From a virus (lineage: Duplodnaviria; Caudoviricetes): DNA of 55,611 bases. Shown here one piece after another: positions 53,579-55,611 of the stretch (its first letter is position 1; each line of letters begins with the position of its first letter). The stretch covers positions 1 to 55,611 of IMG/VR virus record IMGVR_UViG_3300031152_000004; one strand, given 5' to 3'. The notes under the pieces were generated by a model that had not been told where the DNA came from, made no database searches, and saw only the letters and a program-made list of their open reading frames with translations. Both the position numbers and the translations under genes were made by a program.

Positions 53579-53919
53579 TGACCCTGCAGCAGTGGGCGCT
53601 GTTCAACGCCGCGGGGGAGCTGCTGTGCTCCTACCCGTCGGAGGCCGCCGCGTACAACGACCCGGCGTCCCAGTGGGCGCACGTCCGGGTGAGGTCGACC
53701 GGCTGGGCCGAGGCCGGGCCGGACAGCCACTACGTCGGGGTGGGCCCGTGGCTGGCGACCAGCCCGGACGACCCGCTGTGGGGGCCGCGGGACACGCCGG
53801 GGTACACCGGTCCGACACCGGCCGGCCTGGACCTGCTGCGCCTGCTGGCGCTGGTCTGCGTCCTGGTCGCCGCCGGGGCGGGCGGGGGGTGGGTCGCCTG
53901 GCACTTGCTTGCTAGGTAG
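53578..53919 (+). CDS. Protein with C-terminal TM helix, 113 aa
   Basis: TAATG overlap; MTLQQWALFN. Confidence 0.55.
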   Translation: MTLQQWALFNAAGELLCSYPSEAAAYNDPASQWAHVRVRSTGWAEAGPDSHYVGVGPWLATSPDDPLWGPRDTPGYTGPTPAGLDLLRLLALVCVLVAAGAGGGWVAWHLLAR

Positions 53920-53938
53920 TCAAACGGCGGCGTAGGCT
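53909..53938 (+). promoter_or_regulatory. Degenerate palindrome promoter of the replication operon
   Basis: TTGCTA-N18-TAGGCT; TTGCT-N5-GTCAA. Confidence 0.55.
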
Positions 53939-53965
53939 GCCAGGTCCGACCGAAGAGGAGACAGT

Positions 53966-55003
53966 ATGCCGAAGGTGAAGGCGGGCGAGCCGGCCCGGCA
54001 GGCGGTGGAGGACCCGTGGGCGAGTGCCGACCCGCCCCCACAGCGCGACGACACGCAGGCGCCGGACACGGGGGCGGACGCGGATTACGGGTTCGTCTCC
54101 CTGGAGGATACGACCGAGTTCGTCAACGGGGTGTGGTACGGGCCGGAGGGCACCGGTAAGACCACCGACGTGCTGACCATGGCGTCGCTGGGCCGGGTGC
54201 TGCTGGTCAACGCCGAGGGCGGCGCGAAGGTGTCGGCGCTGCGCAAGCGCGGGATCGACACCTCCAACATCCAGGTCTGGCCGGACCCCAAGAAGCAGGA
54301 GCGGGCGACCTTCGACGGCCTGGAGGCGCTGTTCTACCAGCTGGAGGCCGAACTATCCCGGGACCCCGGGGCGTGGTTCGGGGTCGCGATGGACTCCGGC
54401 ACGGAGGTCACCCAGCTGTTGCGGGAGAACCAGACCGCGGCGGAGATGCGGTCCAACGCGAAACGCACTAACCGCTGGGAGGTGGACCGTAACGACTGGC
54501 GGGTCATGAGCGACCAGATGCGGGTGCTGATCCGCCGGTTCCGGGACCTGCCGTGCCACTTCGCGCTGACCGCCCTGGAGCGGCAGGACGAGGTAAAGCT
54601 GGATGACGGGGAGGAGGTGCAGGTCTGGGGGCCGGCCGTGAACCCCGGCCTGCAGTCGGACCTGCTGGGGTACGTCGACCTGGTCATCCGGTGTGGATCG
54701 AACGAGCTGGTGACCGACTCGGGGCCGCAGTCGGAGTTCGTCGGGCGGACTCGCAAGACCCGGCAGTACCGGGCCAAGGACAGGTTCGACGCGACCCCGC
54801 GGGAGCTGTTCAACCCCACCTTCCTGCGGGTTCTGTCGTACGTCCGCGGCGAGCTGGAGGAGGCGTCGGACCCGGACCAGAAGGCCGGCTGGGACCGCCG
54901 GGACCTGGCGGGGGCCTACCTGACCGCGCAGGAGCAGGCCAAGTCCGAGGCCAAGACGGCAGCGCGGGCGGCCAACCGCCGGACCGCGAAGGCGACGCCG
55001 TGA
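53966..55003 (+). CDS. AAA_24 (Sak4-like) ATPase
   Basis: YGPEGTGKTT, MDSGTE, AKDR; GAGGAG RBS. Confidence 0.85.
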   Translation: MPKVKAGEPARQAVEDPWASADPPPQRDDTQAPDTGADADYGFVSLEDTTEFVNGVWYGPEGTGKTTDVLTMASLGRVLLVNAEGGAKVSALRKRGIDTSNIQVWPDPKKQERATFDGLEALFYQLEAELSRDPGAWFGVAMDSGTEVTQLLRENQTAAEMRSNAKRTNRWEVDRNDWRVMSDQMRVLIRRFRDLPCHFALTALERQDEVKLDDGEEVQVWGPAVNPGLQSDLLGYVDLVIRCGSNELVTDSGPQSEFVGRTRKTRQYRAKDRFDATPRELFNPTFLRVLSYVRGELEEASDPDQKAGWDRRDLAGAYLTAQEQAKSEAKTAARAANRRTAKATP

Positions 55004-55479
55004 GGTGGGATCCGGACCGGCGAGGTGCGATCCGGCTCGGGCGCAACGAGCTGGAGTACCTGATGGCGCTGCCGGCTGGCTGGACGATCACCGGGATCCA
55101 GGTCAGCCAGGACCCGGTGAGCTTCCGGCTGGTTGTGCACAGCCCGGACTTCCAGAAGGCGCATCCGGACACGGAAGCACCCACGATCGAGGGGTCCTGG
55201 GGCAGGCGGGTCGTGGTCTGGCCGGAGGACAACCGACCGTACTTCCGGTGGGAGTTCCAGCCGGCGTCGGTCGACACCACCCCACTGGCCCGGGCGGTCG
55301 GGGAGGCGATCGGGCAGGGGTCTACCTGCTGGTCGGAACTACGCGGCGCCGGGGTGTTCCAATCCGAGCGGGCAGCCCAGGTCGCCCGTGACCTGACCGC
55401 CTGGATCGAGCAGCACTACCAGCCCCGGCTGGTAACAACCAAGACGAAAGAAGGTACCGATGCCGAAGCTACCGGCTGA
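55000..55479 (+). CDS. Hypothetical protein, 159 aa
   Basis: GTGA overlap; AVGEAIG..S.CW......GVF.SE.A motif. Confidence 0.6.
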   Translation: MRWDPDRRGAIRLGRNELEYLMALPAGWTITGIQVSQDPVSFRLVVHSPDFQKAHPDTEAPTIEGSWGRRVVVWPEDNRPYFRWEFQPASVDTTPLARAVGEAIGQGSTCWSELRGAGVFQSERAAQVARDLTAWIEQHYQPRLVTTKTKEGTDAEATG

Positions 55480-55611
55480 GACGGCCAAGGCCGCCGCCGA
55501 GTCCGAGGGCGGGTTTGACGCCATCCCGGAGGACCGGTACGACCTGGAGCTGGTCTCGTGCAAGCAGTCGGACAAGGAGGGCGAGTCCGGCTTCCACTAC
55601 TGGATCTGGGA
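55460..55611 (+). CDS. N-terminal part of DUF669-like SSB (runs off the window end)
   Basis: MPKLPAETAKAAAESEGGFDAIPEDRY...YWIW. Confidence 0.7.
   Translation, partial: MPKLPAETAKAAAESEGGFDAIPEDRYDLELVSCKQSDKEGESGFHYWIW

Noticed and set aside
1-55611. Abundant GTCGAC, CTGCAG and GGTACC sites as proof of Z-mediated restriction resistance
   Set aside because: Consistent with it but also explained by codon usage at high GC; I could not compute observed/expected ratios

Overview
This window is an almost complete, circularly permuted genome of a high-GC, siphovirus-like dsDNA phage, probably infecting an actinobacterium. A DUF669-like SSB gene is split across the two window ends. No integrase, tRNA or CRISPR array is visible. 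Gene order: primase-helicase, candidate ori, family A DNA polymerase, PurZ cluster, terminase, portal, an inserted reverse-strand operon, head genes, virion accessory genes, tail, lysis, then a long region of small early genes with an HTH regulator, EndoVII, a TopoVI-A-like TOPRIM protein, a Cas4-like nuclease and an AAA_24 ATPase. The main result is a predicted 2-aminoadenine (Z) genome pathway of non-canonical make-up. It has a PurZ0-like synthetase, but no HD-family DatZ is visible. Instead it has a DUF1599-like all-alpha NTP pyrophosphatase and a fusion of a DNPH1/RCL-like nucleotide N-glycosidase to a variant dUTPase, a possible two-step dATP sink. Other signals the ORF track does not show: a genome-wide TTGAC-N5-GTCAA palindrome/promoter regulon driving mostly leaderless genes, about 15 membrane micropeptides mostly under 60 aa, two structured intergenic RNA candidates, and a minor-capsid protein fused to a metallopeptidase. 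All family calls come from motifs recognised by eye; no database searches were run.
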